DNA of 64,000 nucleotides, taken from IMG/VR virus record IMGVR_UViG_3300042554_001073. One strand, 5' to 3'. Shown one piece after another: positions 34,065 to 44,217 of the stretch. Position numbers and translations under genes: made by a program. The DNA is from a virus. The stretch's first letter is position 1. Each line of letters starts with the position of its first letter. The notes beneath the pieces are model-generated. The model worked only from the letters and a program-made list of their open reading frames with translations. It did no database searches and was not told the DNA's origin.

Positions 34065-34903
34065 AACAAATCTTTATTATAATTAAATAACAAAAGTTCT
34101 TTCCTTTGTTTTTGATCTCTCATATACTCACCAACAGAACGCATTGTATAAGTTAAGTCAAATTCAGCAGCGTTCCATTTTTCACCTATAAAACGGTCTT
34201 TTACAAGTTGATCGGAGTTATAACTTACCAGTTGATGCATATAACAAGCAGCACAATCAGCAGCAAACTTATCGTGATCAAATCCTTTGTGCATTGATCC
34301 TTTGCGCCCATAGAGATTATCCTTAATATCATAAGGAGGATCGAGATACACAAAAGCACCCATATTTCCATCCAACAAATAGTCGTAGGAATAATTAGTT
34401 ATACGCCAATTTGATATTAGCGTAGAATACGAAGGCAACTTTTCGATACCCCGCATACTGAAGTTGTTGCTTGAAGCTTGCTCGGAAAACGATGAACTCT
34501 CTGTGAGACCACTGAAAGAACACTTGTTGACAATATAGAAAGCCACAGCACGGTTGAGACTAGACACATCTGAGTCATTAATTTGCTCCTTTGAATTAAG
34601 GAATAATTCTCTTGCTAAATCAGGAGTATTGTGTTTTGATTTTACATCTACTAACTTATCTTTAAGGTCTTCCCCAAACATCTGAAGTTGCTGCCAGAAG
34701 TTTACTAATGGTTCATACAAATCATTGACCCAAATATCCAGACTAGGATACTTTTTAGTAATATGAATTGCTACGCTTCCACCACCAAGAAATGGTTCAC
34801 GAAATTCTTCATAGTTGCGTAAGTCTGGAAAGTACTGATCCATCTTTACACAAGCACGAGACTTACCTCCGGGATAGCGTAAAGGTGTCTTTAGGGATTT
34901 CAT
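34055..34903 (-). CDS. dam: DNA adenine methyltransferase (D12/Dam class)
   Basis: LRYPGGKS, EPFLGGGS, YLDPPY. Confidence 0.92.
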   Translation of the reverse strand: MKSLKTPLRYPGGKSRACVKMDQYFPDLRNYEEFREPFLGGGSVAIHITKKYPSLDIWVNDLYEPLVNFWQQLQMFGEDLKDKLVDVKSKHNTPDLARELFLNSKEQINDSDVSSLNRAVAFYIVNKCSFSGLTESSSFSEQASSNNFSMRGIEKLPSYSTLISNWRITNYSYDYLLDGNMGAFVYLDPPYDIKDNLYGRKGSMHKGFDHDKFAADCAACYMHQLVSYNSDQLVKDRFIGEKWNAAEFDLTYTMRSVGEYMRDQKQRKELLLFNYNKDLLWN

Positions 34904-35844
34904 TTAAATTCACACTCCACCATAACTTCAGTAAGAGCAGCAAGAAGATTGATTTCTTGGTCTGCTACAAAAGCAATTTGATACTGATACTTGGCAATAA
35001 TAAGAACTGCTGCTGGAATAGATCCAGGAACTAGAGCATCATAGAGAGAATCATAAACCCTACGAAGAATTACACCAGAATCATTGTCAAGGTTTGAAGT
35101 AACCCATTTACGAACTTCAGTAAAGTTCTTCTCTTTCAGATATTTGATTAGTTCTGTTACAGAAACGTCTGAGAAAGATGCAAGAATGCCCGAGTCGATT
35201 TTTCCTCCTGTAGAATATCGTTGGCATTCGTTGAGGACGCGACGAAAATCTGGGAAGTGTTTAGAAACAAGTTCCGCAACAACCTTTTGATCATATTCAA
35301 TCTTTTCCTCTTCCAGGATTGTCTGAAGTCGCTTGAAGAAACTTCCTGCGAGTTGAACCTTCTGCTTTCCTTTGATTGTGAAGTCAATAACCGCACAACG
35401 GGAGTGAAGAGGTTCAATGATTTTATTCTTGTAGTTACAGGTGAAGATGAATCGGCAGTTGTTATAAAATGCCTCAATATTCGCCCGTAGTAGGAGTTGA
35501 ACATCGTTTCCTGTGTTATCAGCCTCATCGATGATGATGACTTTGTGTTTAGAAGATCCCGTAAGTGAAACGGTCGAAGCGAAGTTCTTTGCTTGGTTCC
35601 GTACAGTATCCAAGAAACGTCCTTCGTCGGATCCGTTGATGACATAAAAATCTGCTCCCAACTCATTACACAATGCTTTCGCAATGGTAGTTTTACCAAT
35701 ACCAGGAGGACCTGCGAGAAGAAGATTCGGAATTTCACCCTTCTCCACAAACTCCTTAAATGTTTTTTTAGTTTCATCAGGAAGAATACAATCATCAATT
35801 ACTTGAGGACGGTATTTCTCCACAAAAAGAAATTCACTTGTCAT
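34900..35844 (-). CDS. gp44: Clamp loader large subunit
   Basis: VEKYRP, GPPGIGKT, IIDEAD, SRC. Confidence 0.96.
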   Translation of the reverse strand: MTSEFLFVEKYRPQVIDDCILPDETKKTFKEFVEKGEIPNLLLAGPPGIGKTTIAKALCNELGADFYVINGSDEGRFLDTVRNQAKNFASTVSLTGSSKHKVIIIDEADNTGNDVQLLLRANIEAFYNNCRFIFTCNYKNKIIEPLHSRCAVIDFTIKGKQKVQLAGSFFKRLQTILEEEKIEYDQKVVAELVSKHFPDFRRVLNECQRYSTGGKIDSGILASFSDVSVTELIKYLKEKNFTEVRKWVTSNLDNDSGVILRRVYDSLYDALVPGSIPAAVLIIAKYQYQIAFVADQEINLLAALTEVMVECEFK

Positions 35845-35847
35845 AAT

Positions 35848-36360
35848 TTAGACCCAATCAGGTTTGCGTTCAGGCATACGAAGATAGTTTTCAGACACCC
35901 AAGGTTTAGATGCGATATACCTTCGATACGCTTCAAATGTATCAATAGTTTTGTCAAACTTCCACTCCTCTGGCATAGCACGAGCAAATGGAGTCACTTC
36001 TGTAATCTTACCTTTTGGAAACAAATAGTATGCGTCCACAAGAGTTTTATAACAGGAGTGAGTTTTATTATACCGCAGGCAGTATTCATCAGACAAGTTC
36101 AGTCCCCACTTGATTAACCAGTAGGCATTGTGGATACTCTCCAGTGCCCACTTGGTACAGGGGTGATTGCGGAATGCTCCTTTCTCGGTCTTGTAGGGGG
36201 TTCCATCCGCCTTTGGAAGAGTTCCGTACCCGTGTCCCCACTTGTCTGATGCCACGATAGAAAGCATCTGACAGCACTCTAGGGGCATCTTGACGATGTG
36301 TTTGTCGGGGAGGCAAATGGCACTTTCAGCGGGCCAAGGAGAAGTGACAAAAATGTTCAT
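35848..36360 (-). CDS. Pyrimidine-dimer glycosylase/DenV-like family protein
   Basis: MNIF...D.HIVKM.LE..QMLS...HPC.KW. Confidence 0.75.
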   Translation of the reverse strand: MNIFVTSPWPAESAICLPDKHIVKMPLECCQMLSIVASDKWGHGYGTLPKADGTPYKTEKGAFRNHPCTKWALESIHNAYWLIKWGLNLSDEYCLRYNKTHSCYKTLVDAYYLFPKGKITEVTPFARAMPEEWKFDKTIDTFEAYRRYIASKPWVSENYLRMPERKPDWV

Positions 36361-37025
36361 CAACCAAAAGTAGAATCAGGCTCCAGAGCAATATAATAGC
36401 ACAGGTCGTGGTTCTTAGACTGGAATCGTGACAGAAGTTTTTGTGACACGACAACTTCATAAGTTCCAGGAAGAATCTTAATGTTCTCTACCTTGAAGTT
36501 AAAGACAAACTCGGAGTCGGTTTCACCAACAACGATAGAGAAATCATTGGAGGTATCGTTCTTCTTATCACGAACCACAAGTTTCACCACACCTGCTTCT
36601 CCAACAGCGGAGATATCGGGAAGTTGATAAACTGCTGCTGCCTTGAGGAGTTTATCCAGTTGCTCTGTGCTCAACTCAAAGCAAACATCTTCAGTAGGAA
36701 GATTGATGTCTTTTTCAGGAGGAGTGATGATTACATTCGGATCTGCGAAGAAATACTTGGACCGCATCTTTCCTTCACGGATAACCACATAACTATCATT
36801 ATCAAAATCCAGTTCTGGACTTTGATGAAGACCAAGACCATTCAGAAACTGGTTCAAATCATAGATACCAAAATCCTTAGGAAGTTCTTCGGTGATGGTT
36901 GCTTCAGCAAGAATGTTCTTCATCACACTGATAGTGCGAAGTTTGTTACCTTCACGGAAGAGAATGGACTGATTGATAGAAGAGAAGTTCTTTAGGACGG
37001 AAAGAGTTTTATCAGAAAGTTTCAT
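36360..37025 (-). CDS. gp45: Sliding clamp
   Basis: MKLSDKTLSVLKNFSSINQS, FGIYDLNQFL. Confidence 0.96.
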   Translation of the reverse strand: MKLSDKTLSVLKNFSSINQSILFREGNKLRTISVMKNILAEATITEELPKDFGIYDLNQFLNGLGLHQSPELDFDNDSYVVIREGKMRSKYFFADPNVIITPPEKDINLPTEDVCFELSTEQLDKLLKAAAVYQLPDISAVGEAGVVKLVVRDKKNDTSNDFSIVVGETDSEFVFNFKVENIKILPGTYEVVVSQKLLSRFQSKNHDLCYYIALEPDSTFG

Positions 37026-37027
37026 AA

Positions 37028-37537
37028 TCAATAGGGAAAGTCAGAAGTAGTGTTTTTGTGAAGACCAGCAAAGTGGTACAGAAGAATACAATAATGGATT
37101 GCTTTCAGAATGTCCATCTTAGATTTACCATTCTTCTTACCAAAGCGAGACAGATACTTGATAGCGTTTGAGCGAGTAAATGCTTCACTGTCGCCAATAC
37201 TCTCAATCAAATCAAGAGTTTGAGTTTTAGAAGTTTCTGAAGTGTAGTGTGAGTGATAAGTGCTAGAAAGATATTGCTCAATCTCTTTTAGAGTTTTGTC
37301 TTCCTCATATTTCCAGAATCCGTTTTTATTCGTATCTTCGGGCATATTCAAATTAAAAGTAATAGTGTCGGGAGCATAATCTCCAAAGTAAGTGAAAGGA
37401 ACAGATTGTGCGGCATAGACAAAATCTTGTGCTCCATTGAAGGAGATAGTATCAGTTCCTTCCCCACCATAAATCACAGTATCTTTCCAGGAATCTGGTA
37501 GGGAACTTTCGTAAGTGCTCTCAAAGTTTTCAGACAT
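37028..37537 (-). CDS. DUF3310-like protein (putative nucleotide kinase)
   Basis: HY...QTLDLIE...F.RSNAIKYLSRFGKKNG...DILKA.HY. Confidence 0.7.
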   Translation of the reverse strand: MSENFESTYESSLPDSWKDTVIYGGEGTDTISFNGAQDFVYAAQSVPFTYFGDYAPDTITFNLNMPEDTNKNGFWKYEEDKTLKEIEQYLSSTYHSHYTSETSKTQTLDLIESIGDSEAFTRSNAIKYLSRFGKKNGKSKMDILKAIHYCILLYHFAGLHKNTTSDFPY

Positions 37538-37593
37538 TTCGTTTCATAGTAAAAGGACAAAAAGAGGAGGCACATTGACCTCCTTATATTTTA

Positions 37594-38685
37594 TCAGGAT
37601 TGTTGCTCCTGGTCAACGGGGAGTTGGAAATCAGCATCCACTTTATCATACAGTTCCAAGAAAGCCTGTTTGGTTTCATCATCAAAGCGGTTCACACAAA
37701 CTTGGATTGCCTTTGCTTTATCTTGGAAGATGCTGTAGGCACGGATGATGTGAACCAGACGACGAGTGCTGATGATTTCCTCAATACCACCATCGTAGAA
37801 AGTCTTGCGGATGATATCACCCCAGTCCACAAGACGCTTACAGAACTCACGGTCTTCCACGCCAAGGTCCAGAGCAATACCCTCAAGGATTTTCTGCTCC
37901 GTTGCGGGGTTGGGATAGGACTGCTCAAAGGTCACAGGGAAACGCTCCAGGAATGCTTCGTTGAGCACGTTGGTTCCGATGAAGCGTCCATCATCAGAAC
38001 CTTTACCCTTGGTGTTAGCAGTGGCAATCACATTGAACCCAGCAGCAGGTTTCACCCAACGACCAATCTTTTTCAGGAACACACCTTTACCTTCTAGAAT
38101 GGACTGAAGACAGAGGATTTTGTTTGATGCCAAGTCGATTTCATCCAGGAGGAGGATTGCTCCTCGCTCAAGTGCTTCGATGACGGGACCGTTATGCCAT
38201 GCAGTGTTCCCATCAACAAGCCTAAAACCACCGATAAGGTCATCTTCATCAGTTTCAATCGTAATATTTACACGGATCAGTTCACGCTTAAGTTGAGCAC
38301 ACGCTTGCTCCACACTGAACGTTTTACCATTACCCGAAAGACCCGTAATGAACGTAGGATAAAAGAGACGGGACTGAATAATCTTTTTAACATCAGCAAA
38401 GTTACCAAACTTGACGAAGGTATCATCTTTTTCAGGAATGAGATTTTGCTCTACTGGAGGAACCACTGCGGGTGCTTGGAAAGTACGTTCGATTTCTTCT
38501 ACCTTTTGTTGTGTTACTTCAAGGTTCCACTTACCACGACCAACCTTGAACTGTTCGATTTTTTTAGTGACGGTTTGATAGTTGGAATCATTCAGAGCAC
38601 ACCACGCACGAACGTCAGCACCAGTCACGCTGTTGCCGTAGAGTGCTTGGAGTGAAGTGCGGATGTAGTCGGAAGAGAGTGCCAT
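37594..38685 (-). CDS. CobS/MoxR-like AAA+ ATPase
   Basis: GLSGNGKT, LLLDEID, ATANTKG, LERF. Confidence 0.9.
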   Translation of the reverse strand: MALSSDYIRTSLQALYGNSVTGADVRAWCALNDSNYQTVTKKIEQFKVGRGKWNLEVTQQKVEEIERTFQAPAVVPPVEQNLIPEKDDTFVKFGNFADVKKIIQSRLFYPTFITGLSGNGKTFSVEQACAQLKRELIRVNITIETDEDDLIGGFRLVDGNTAWHNGPVIEALERGAILLLDEIDLASNKILCLQSILEGKGVFLKKIGRWVKPAAGFNVIATANTKGKGSDDGRFIGTNVLNEAFLERFPVTFEQSYPNPATEQKILEGIALDLGVEDREFCKRLVDWGDIIRKTFYDGGIEEIISTRRLVHIIRAYSIFQDKAKAIQVCVNRFDDETKQAFLELYDKVDADFQLPVDQEQQS

Positions 38686-38747
38686 GTGTGTTTCGTTTCA
38701 ACCTAGTCATTATAAACGAAAAAGGGGGTCGCAAGGACCCCCAGTGG

Positions 38748-38942
38748 TCAGTTCGCCAACTGGTTCTTGAGTTCCTCAAGGTAGTCAGCACTAGCAATAT
38801 GTCCCGTATATCCAGGATAATATTTTTTCACAAGTGCTGGAATGCCCATAGCAGTTGTGCTGCTATTACACTTAATCCATACTTCTTTGGTGTCGTACTT
38901 AACGACATGTTCAAGTGGAAATTTAGTTTTCATATTCCTCAT
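38748..38942 (-). CDS. Hypothetical protein
   Basis: 64-aa ORF. Confidence 0.6.
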   Translation of the reverse strand: MRNMKTKFPLEHVVKYDTKEVWIKCNSSTTAMGIPALVKKYYPGYTGHIASADYLEELKNQLAN

Positions 38943-39441
38943 AAGTAAATGTTTTGTTCTTCACTTTAGTATCAAACTCTCCAGTTTTGCCTGGGTTCAT
39001 TTTACCAACTTTAACACGCTTACCTTCACCTGGCCAAGACTTGTTAGTTCCAACCAGTTGAGCGCCACCTTTTGGTTTCTTTTGAATCAGAACAGAATCC
39101 TGATTATACTTCTTACCAAGTTTAGTGATTGCTTTCTTAAACTTTTTCTTACCCATCTTACCAGAAGAAACTACGTGCGATTTCTCACCAACTTTTTTCT
39201 CCTGAGCAGTTCCTGGGTTTTCAGTGTATCTACCAGACACTTTAGTAGGTCCTGGAAGACCAGCACCTCTAATATCCTTTTCTAATTGTCTTGAACGTGC
39301 TTTATTTTCTTTCTTTGATTTATCACCTCTTTGGGCAGACATGATTGCCATGCCACCCTTCTCTGATTTTGAGCGAACTCTATTCAAAGATGTTTCCTGA
39401 ATAGAGGAACACTCTGCGATAAATTCCTGGAATGTCTTCAT
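38923..39441 (-). CDS. Putative internal head protein with capsid-targeting sequence
   Basis: Starts MKTFQEFIAE; basic body with SAQRG and YNQDSVL. Confidence 0.75.
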   Translation of the reverse strand: MKTFQEFIAECSSIQETSLNRVRSKSEKGGMAIMSAQRGDKSKKENKARSRQLEKDIRGAGLPGPTKVSGRYTENPGTAQEKKVGEKSHVVSSGKMGKKKFKKAITKLGKKYNQDSVLIQKKPKGGAQLVGTNKSWPGEGKRVKVGKMNPGKTGEFDTKVKNKTFTYEEYEN

Positions 39442-41624
39442 GCTACCAAAGAGATAAATTCTCCTAATACCTTTTTATTTAGTTTTTTGGTCTTCAGAGA
39501 TTTGACAAAAGCAGATTTGATTTGCGATTTTGTGGCATCTTCAGCAACTTCAAACTCTGTATCTTGAGAAAGTGCTGTAGCAGAAAGACCAAAATAAGCA
39601 TCATATCCAGAGTTGGTGATAGTAAAACTCTTCAGTTTCTTCCAGTCATTCTGGATTTTTTCATACTGTTTATCAAGTTGAGAATGATAAAGTTGAATGA
39701 AACGATGAGCATTACGACTTTCAATAACACGAATGCCTATAAAGTTCATTGAAGAAAACTTGTCCTTCAGGTTCTTAAGAAGAGTATCAGTGAAAGTGTG
39801 ATATCCGTATCCAACATTATAAGTTGTTCCCAGTTTACGGTCACGAAGGAAAGTATTTTCTGGATGAATGTATCCAGTTCCAAGAACAGGTTCTTTTGAA
39901 TAAGAACGCTGAACTTCTTTATGATAAACGAGTTGGTTTGCTTCACCATCAGTCAGAACAATACACTGAACCTTCTGGAGTTTGTTTTCTTTCTGAAACT
40001 TTGGAAGAATTTGGTGAAGGGAAATCAATGCTTCATTCAGAGGAGTTCCAGAAAGAGCCATCCGATTGGAGTAAGTATAAGGAGAACTGTAAGTCCTAGA
40101 AAAACAGTAAGCAAGACGCCAAATGTTGAGAAGTTGATGCTCAAGTTCTTTACCATTCACTTTGCTTGTAAGAATGTTCATCATAGAGAAAGTTTCATCT
40201 ACAAGCAACAAACCCTCCTTTTTCTGATAGTGAGGAGTGCGATCAGCAGCAAGATACTTATCATTCTCATAATCGTACTCTCCACGACGCCATTCATTTG
40301 TGAAAGCATATACCTCAAAAGGAATAGAGACCTTCTTACAGAACCACACCAGATTGAAGAGTTGCTTACAAGTATCAATCATCACATCGGACATAGAACC
40401 GCTCCAGTCCAACACAAACACCAGACCATGATTCTTGCCATCAGGAATCACTGAAACTTTCTTAAACAGATCTTCATTGTATTTGTAGGTATGAAGACGA
40501 GAAGTATCAAGAACACCAGTGCGAGCAGTTGAAGCACGAGCATATTGGTCTGCTGCTTTGCGACATTCAAACTCCTTGACCAGGTAGTTCACTTCCTTTT
40601 GAGCAGAAGTCTTAAACTTCCGAAACTCGATATCAGATTCTTTGTAAAGATTTGCTGGAGTATATCCCTTATCTTTTGCGTGTTCGTTATGAAGTTTCTG
40701 TTGATGAGCAAAGGAGTTATTGATATCCTTATGAATCTCAGAGTTTCTGCCAATAACCGTGTCCAGATTCAGTTGAGGAACTTCAACGTAGTTGTTCTCA
40801 TAAGCATCACTACCAACAAGGTCACGAAGTTTTTCTTCCAAAGAGTCGGCAGTGCGAACTTCAGGTTCACTTTCTTCACCAGAAGAATTCACTGGAGTTT
40901 GGTCCCCCTGAGCGGTTCCACCATAGGACCCATCATTCTCTTGAGGTTGGGAGTTATCACTATCCCCTTCTTGCTCTGAAGAGGAGTCATTTGTCTCCAC
41001 AATCTCATTGGCAGGAGACTGAGAATCTCCTTTCATTTCATGAGAATCAAAGTCAGCAACTTTTTGTTGTTGCTCCTTTTCTTTCTTACAATATTTGTAA
41101 AGTTCCTCAGCAGCAATCAGGGCATCAGCAAAAGTTTCTGATACAGAAATCAGATTGATGATTTCTTGCTCCTCTTGATTAAAATCCAGAGTTACAAAGT
41201 TTCCAATCTTGAAGTGAAGATTAGCGCGGTCAGCAAGATTGAAAGTAGAAATATCTTCTTCTTTAATCTGAAAGAAATCATCTCCATTCAACTCTTTATA
41301 ACCATTATAGAAAGTCTTCGCAAGTCCAGCATACTTACGTTTCATCAGTTTCTCAATGCGAGCATCCTCAACAATGTTCACAAACTGCTGCGGAACTTTT
41401 ACTTTATCAGACCAGTCCTCATCGGGCGTAAAGAGTGCGTGACCAACCTCATGACCCACCAGAAGGTCATAGACGGTCCCACTTGCCCTCTCCCACAGAG
41501 GAAGCGTCAGAACGCGAGTATGGACATTGAAGCAGGCAGTAGAGACCTTCTTATGCTCCACCACGAGATCCTCAGTGGCAAGCAGTTTGGCAAGTTGAGA
41601 TTTGATTTCGTGAGAGACGGGCAT
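39438..41624 (-). CDS. CobT-like protein: HEXXH peptidase-like N terminus plus VWA domain
   Basis: HEVGH, EDARIE; LDWSGSM MIDAS, GTPL, LTDGE. Confidence 0.88.
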   Translation of the reverse strand: MPVSHEIKSQLAKLLATEDLVVEHKKVSTACFNVHTRVLTLPLWERASGTVYDLLVGHEVGHALFTPDEDWSDKVKVPQQFVNIVEDARIEKLMKRKYAGLAKTFYNGYKELNGDDFFQIKEEDISTFNLADRANLHFKIGNFVTLDFNQEEQEIINLISVSETFADALIAAEELYKYCKKEKEQQQKVADFDSHEMKGDSQSPANEIVETNDSSSEQEGDSDNSQPQENDGSYGGTAQGDQTPVNSSGEESEPEVRTADSLEEKLRDLVGSDAYENNYVEVPQLNLDTVIGRNSEIHKDINNSFAHQQKLHNEHAKDKGYTPANLYKESDIEFRKFKTSAQKEVNYLVKEFECRKAADQYARASTARTGVLDTSRLHTYKYNEDLFKKVSVIPDGKNHGLVFVLDWSGSMSDVMIDTCKQLFNLVWFCKKVSIPFEVYAFTNEWRRGEYDYENDKYLAADRTPHYQKKEGLLLVDETFSMMNILTSKVNGKELEHQLLNIWRLAYCFSRTYSSPYTYSNRMALSGTPLNEALISLHQILPKFQKENKLQKVQCIVLTDGEANQLVYHKEVQRSYSKEPVLGTGYIHPENTFLRDRKLGTTYNVGYGYHTFTDTLLKNLKDKFSSMNFIGIRVIESRNAHRFIQLYHSQLDKQYEKIQNDWKKLKSFTITNSGYDAYFGLSATALSQDTEFEVAEDATKSQIKSAFVKSLKTKKLNKKVLGEFISLVA

Positions 41625-41705
41625 CTGATTTGTTTCGTATGAAACCATTATACAAAAAAAGAGGGTGGTAAAACCCTCTTTTGTGCCAGTTTGGAAAGTG
41701 GTTTG

Positions 41706-42329
41706 TTATGGTTTTGGAGGCATACCACCAGCACCTTTACGTCCAAAGGTCATTGCGTGTCCTGCTCTATCAGCGTGTTGTGCTGCTTTATCACCAAACT
41801 TTCTTTTGATTTGTCTTCTAAGATTATCAGTTTGTTTTACATTTTTTGGAGAATCTTGACCTTCAAACTCACCAGTATAACTTGTAGCATATGCTTTTGT
41901 AGCAGTCTTCTGTGAGATTTCTACAATATCTTCTCTCCACTCTTCACTCATATTCACCATAATTGCTTTTGCTGCTTCTGGGGTTTCAGCATATCCTTCA
42001 TCAAGTAAATGTGAAAGGATGATGTCGTAAAGGTCATAATTTTCACCTACATTTAATCTTTTCCTTGCTCTTTGCTTTTCTTGCTCACTTGCGGCACGAA
42101 CTCCTGATAATACTTGTCGGTCATATTTGCGCTTATTTTTTGGTAATCTTTTTGATCCTCTTTGATAAGTACCACCACCAAGAGTTTCTGTTTCACTTGC
42201 TCTTTGCGAAACTTCTGGAGTTATGAGAGGTCGTCCGTGTCTCTGATTATACTCAAATCTTCCCCCCTCTCTACCCTCAACAACTTCCATATATGCTTCT
42301 TGTAGATTGCGAATGTCTTTAGCGTCCAT
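41706..42329 (-). CDS. Modular basic protein, putative internal head protein
   Basis: LQEAY, LLDEGYAET module; TATAAATA upstream. Confidence 0.7.
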   Translation of the reverse strand: MDAKDIRNLQEAYMEVVEGREGGRFEYNQRHGRPLITPEVSQRASETETLGGGTYQRGSKRLPKNKRKYDRQVLSGVRAASEQEKQRARKRLNVGENYDLYDIILSHLLDEGYAETPEAAKAIMVNMSEEWREDIVEISQKTATKAYATSYTGEFEGQDSPKNVKQTDNLRRQIKRKFGDKAAQHADRAGHAMTFGRKGAGGMPPKP

Positions 42330-42352
42330 TTTTACAAATACTTTTTAGTTAT

Positions 42353-42490
42353 TTATAAAAAAGAAGCGTTTCGTTGATTGAGACGCTTCTTGAGTGCTTG
42401 TCTTCGTGCTTTTGCCTGGCGCAGTGCTTGCGGTTTAAGTTTTCGTTTCTGTTCTTTTTTGGAATGGTGCTGCCAGTTTGGAGTGTTCAT
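42353..42490 (-). CDS. Small basic hypothetical protein (45 aa)
   Basis: Hand-translated MNTPNWQHHSKKEQKRKLKPQALRQAKARRQALKKRL. Confidence 0.6.
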   Translation of the reverse strand: MNTPNWQHHSKKEQKRKLKPQALRQAKARRQALKKRLNQRNASFL

Positions 42491-42504
42491 TATTCTTGGG
42501 TGGT

Positions 42505-44217
42505 TCAGACCACCATACGCGAAAAACCTTTGACTTTCTCAAACTTTATGACACTTTCAAATCTGTCCTCTAGTCCAGTTTTATGGGAGATAACAAAGAT
42601 GTTAGCATCTTTAATCACATAACGAATAATCTTAAGGAACTCTTCTGTTCCAAATCCATCAAGCGAACTATCAAACACCTCATCCATAATCAAAAGATTT
42701 GTATTAACAGAATTCTTCATTCTGGCAACTTCTCTCCAAGTGAAAAGAAGTGCTAGGTCAATTCTCATTTTCTCTCCTTCACTAAAGGAAGCATAAGAGA
42801 AATCTTCATGAATAGGTGATTGGACGGTTTCATTAAACTCCTCATCAAGAGTAAAGTTGATGTAGAAATCCATCATCTGAAGATAACGGTTAACTTGCTG
42901 ATTTATCAGCGGTAGATACTTCTTGATGATTTTAGTTTTTACTCCACCGTCTTTTAGTAAACTATACGAAAAATCGTAATAGTTGATTGTATCTTTTTTG
43001 GAAGCGAGTTCGTCGTATGTAGTTTTTAAGTTGTCTTTGAAGGATTCTAACTTCTCATGTTCAGAATTTCGGTTTGCAAGTTGTTCGGTAATTCTTTGAA
43101 TTTCCGATTCCAGACTTCTGATTTGCTTTTGGCATCCAGAAATCTTAACATTGTTTTGAGAAATGCCATTCGTTAGTTTCGAAATCTCCTTCGATAGAGC
43201 GGTGAATTGACGCTCTCGCTCCTCTTCCTCTTTAATTGCCTCTTCCAGTTCTTTATAACCAGATTGCAACTCTTTTGCTTTATTTTGAGCGTCGGTAATT
43301 CTATTTATCCTAAACTCCTCATCAATGGGTTGTGTGCAAGTAGGGCATACCGTATTCTCTGTAAAAAACTTATGCTCTTTAGTAATAGTGGATACTTTCT
43401 GAGATATCTTACCTTTAAGGTTACCCAACTTACGAAGTTTATCTGCATATCCCGTGATAGCATCTTGCTCACGAATTAGTTCTCGAAGAGGTTCTTCTGC
43501 AGAACTATTCTCACTCATATAATCACCAATTTCTTTATCCAAATTGGCAATCTTTTCTTTATTGGCATTTATATTGTCTTTTCCTCTATTCTCAAGTTCT
43601 TCAATAAATTCTTCCTGCATCTTGACTTTATCAAGAAGAGATTCTTTCTTAAGTTCAAAAACTTTTATTTCTTCCTTGACGGAACGAATCTTTTCTTTGA
43701 TGAGAGAATTCATAGAAGAGAAGATTTTAATATCAAGCAAATCTTCAATAACTTCTCTACGATGAGCAGCAGATAATTGCATGAATGGAACAAAAGTGCT
43801 ACTACCCAAAATTACAATTTGAGTAAAAGACTTATAATTCATCTTAAGAACATTCTGCTCCAACCACTTTTGCTGATCTAAAGCAGCTGCTGATTGGTCT
43901 AGAGCAGCATCATTTCTCCAAATTTCAAAAATAGCAGGTTTTATTCCTCGAACTACTTTCCACTCCGTATTTCCAATAGAAAACTCAACCTCAACCTTAC
44001 AATCCTTCTCATTCACGGAATTGATAAGTTGAGGTTTATTAATCTTGCGGAATGGTTTTCCAAACAAAGAAAAAGTAAGAGCATCCAGAACAGTGGACTT
44101 ACCTGCGCCATTTGTTCCGATGATTAAATTTGTTTTGTTTTTTGTAAAGTCAACCTCTGTATATTGATTACCAGTACTTAAGAAGTTTTTCCAACGAATA
44201 GTTTTAAATAAAATCAT
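42505..44217 (-). CDS. gp46: Recombination endonuclease SMC-like subunit
   Basis: GTNGAGKST, CPTC hook, FSEGE, DEVFD. Confidence 0.96.
   Translation of the reverse strand: MILFKTIRWKNFLSTGNQYTEVDFTKNKTNLIIGTNGAGKSTVLDALTFSLFGKPFRKINKPQLINSVNEKDCKVEVEFSIGNTEWKVVRGIKPAIFEIWRNDAALDQSAAALDQQKWLEQNVLKMNYKSFTQIVILGSSTFVPFMQLSAAHRREVIEDLLDIKIFSSMNSLIKEKIRSVKEEIKVFELKKESLLDKVKMQEEFIEELENRGKDNINANKEKIANLDKEIGDYMSENSSAEEPLRELIREQDAITGYADKLRKLGNLKGKISQKVSTITKEHKFFTENTVCPTCTQPIDEEFRINRITDAQNKAKELQSGYKELEEAIKEEEERERQFTALSKEISKLTNGISQNNVKISGCQKQIRSLESEIQRITEQLANRNSEHEKLESFKDNLKTTYDELASKKDTINYYDFSYSLLKDGGVKTKIIKKYLPLINQQVNRYLQMMDFYINFTLDEEFNETVQSPIHEDFSYASFSEGEKMRIDLALLFTWREVARMKNSVNTNLLIMDEVFDSSLDGFGTEEFLKIIRYVIKDANIFVISHKTGLEDRFESVIKFEKVKGFSRMVV

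Noticed and set aside
34055-34903. dam methyltransferase as part of a restriction-modification system
   Set aside because: No cognate endonuclease is adjacent; solitary Dam genes are common in these phages
35157-35798. 213-aa alternative-frame ORF inside gp44
   Set aside because: Fully overlaps a core gene, has no recognisable motifs or RBS; shadow ORF
37594-41624. Cobalamin biosynthesis role for the CobS/CobT-like pair
   Set aside because: MoxR-type AAA plus VWA pairs are general chaperone-like modules common in T4-like cyanophages; no other cob genes are present
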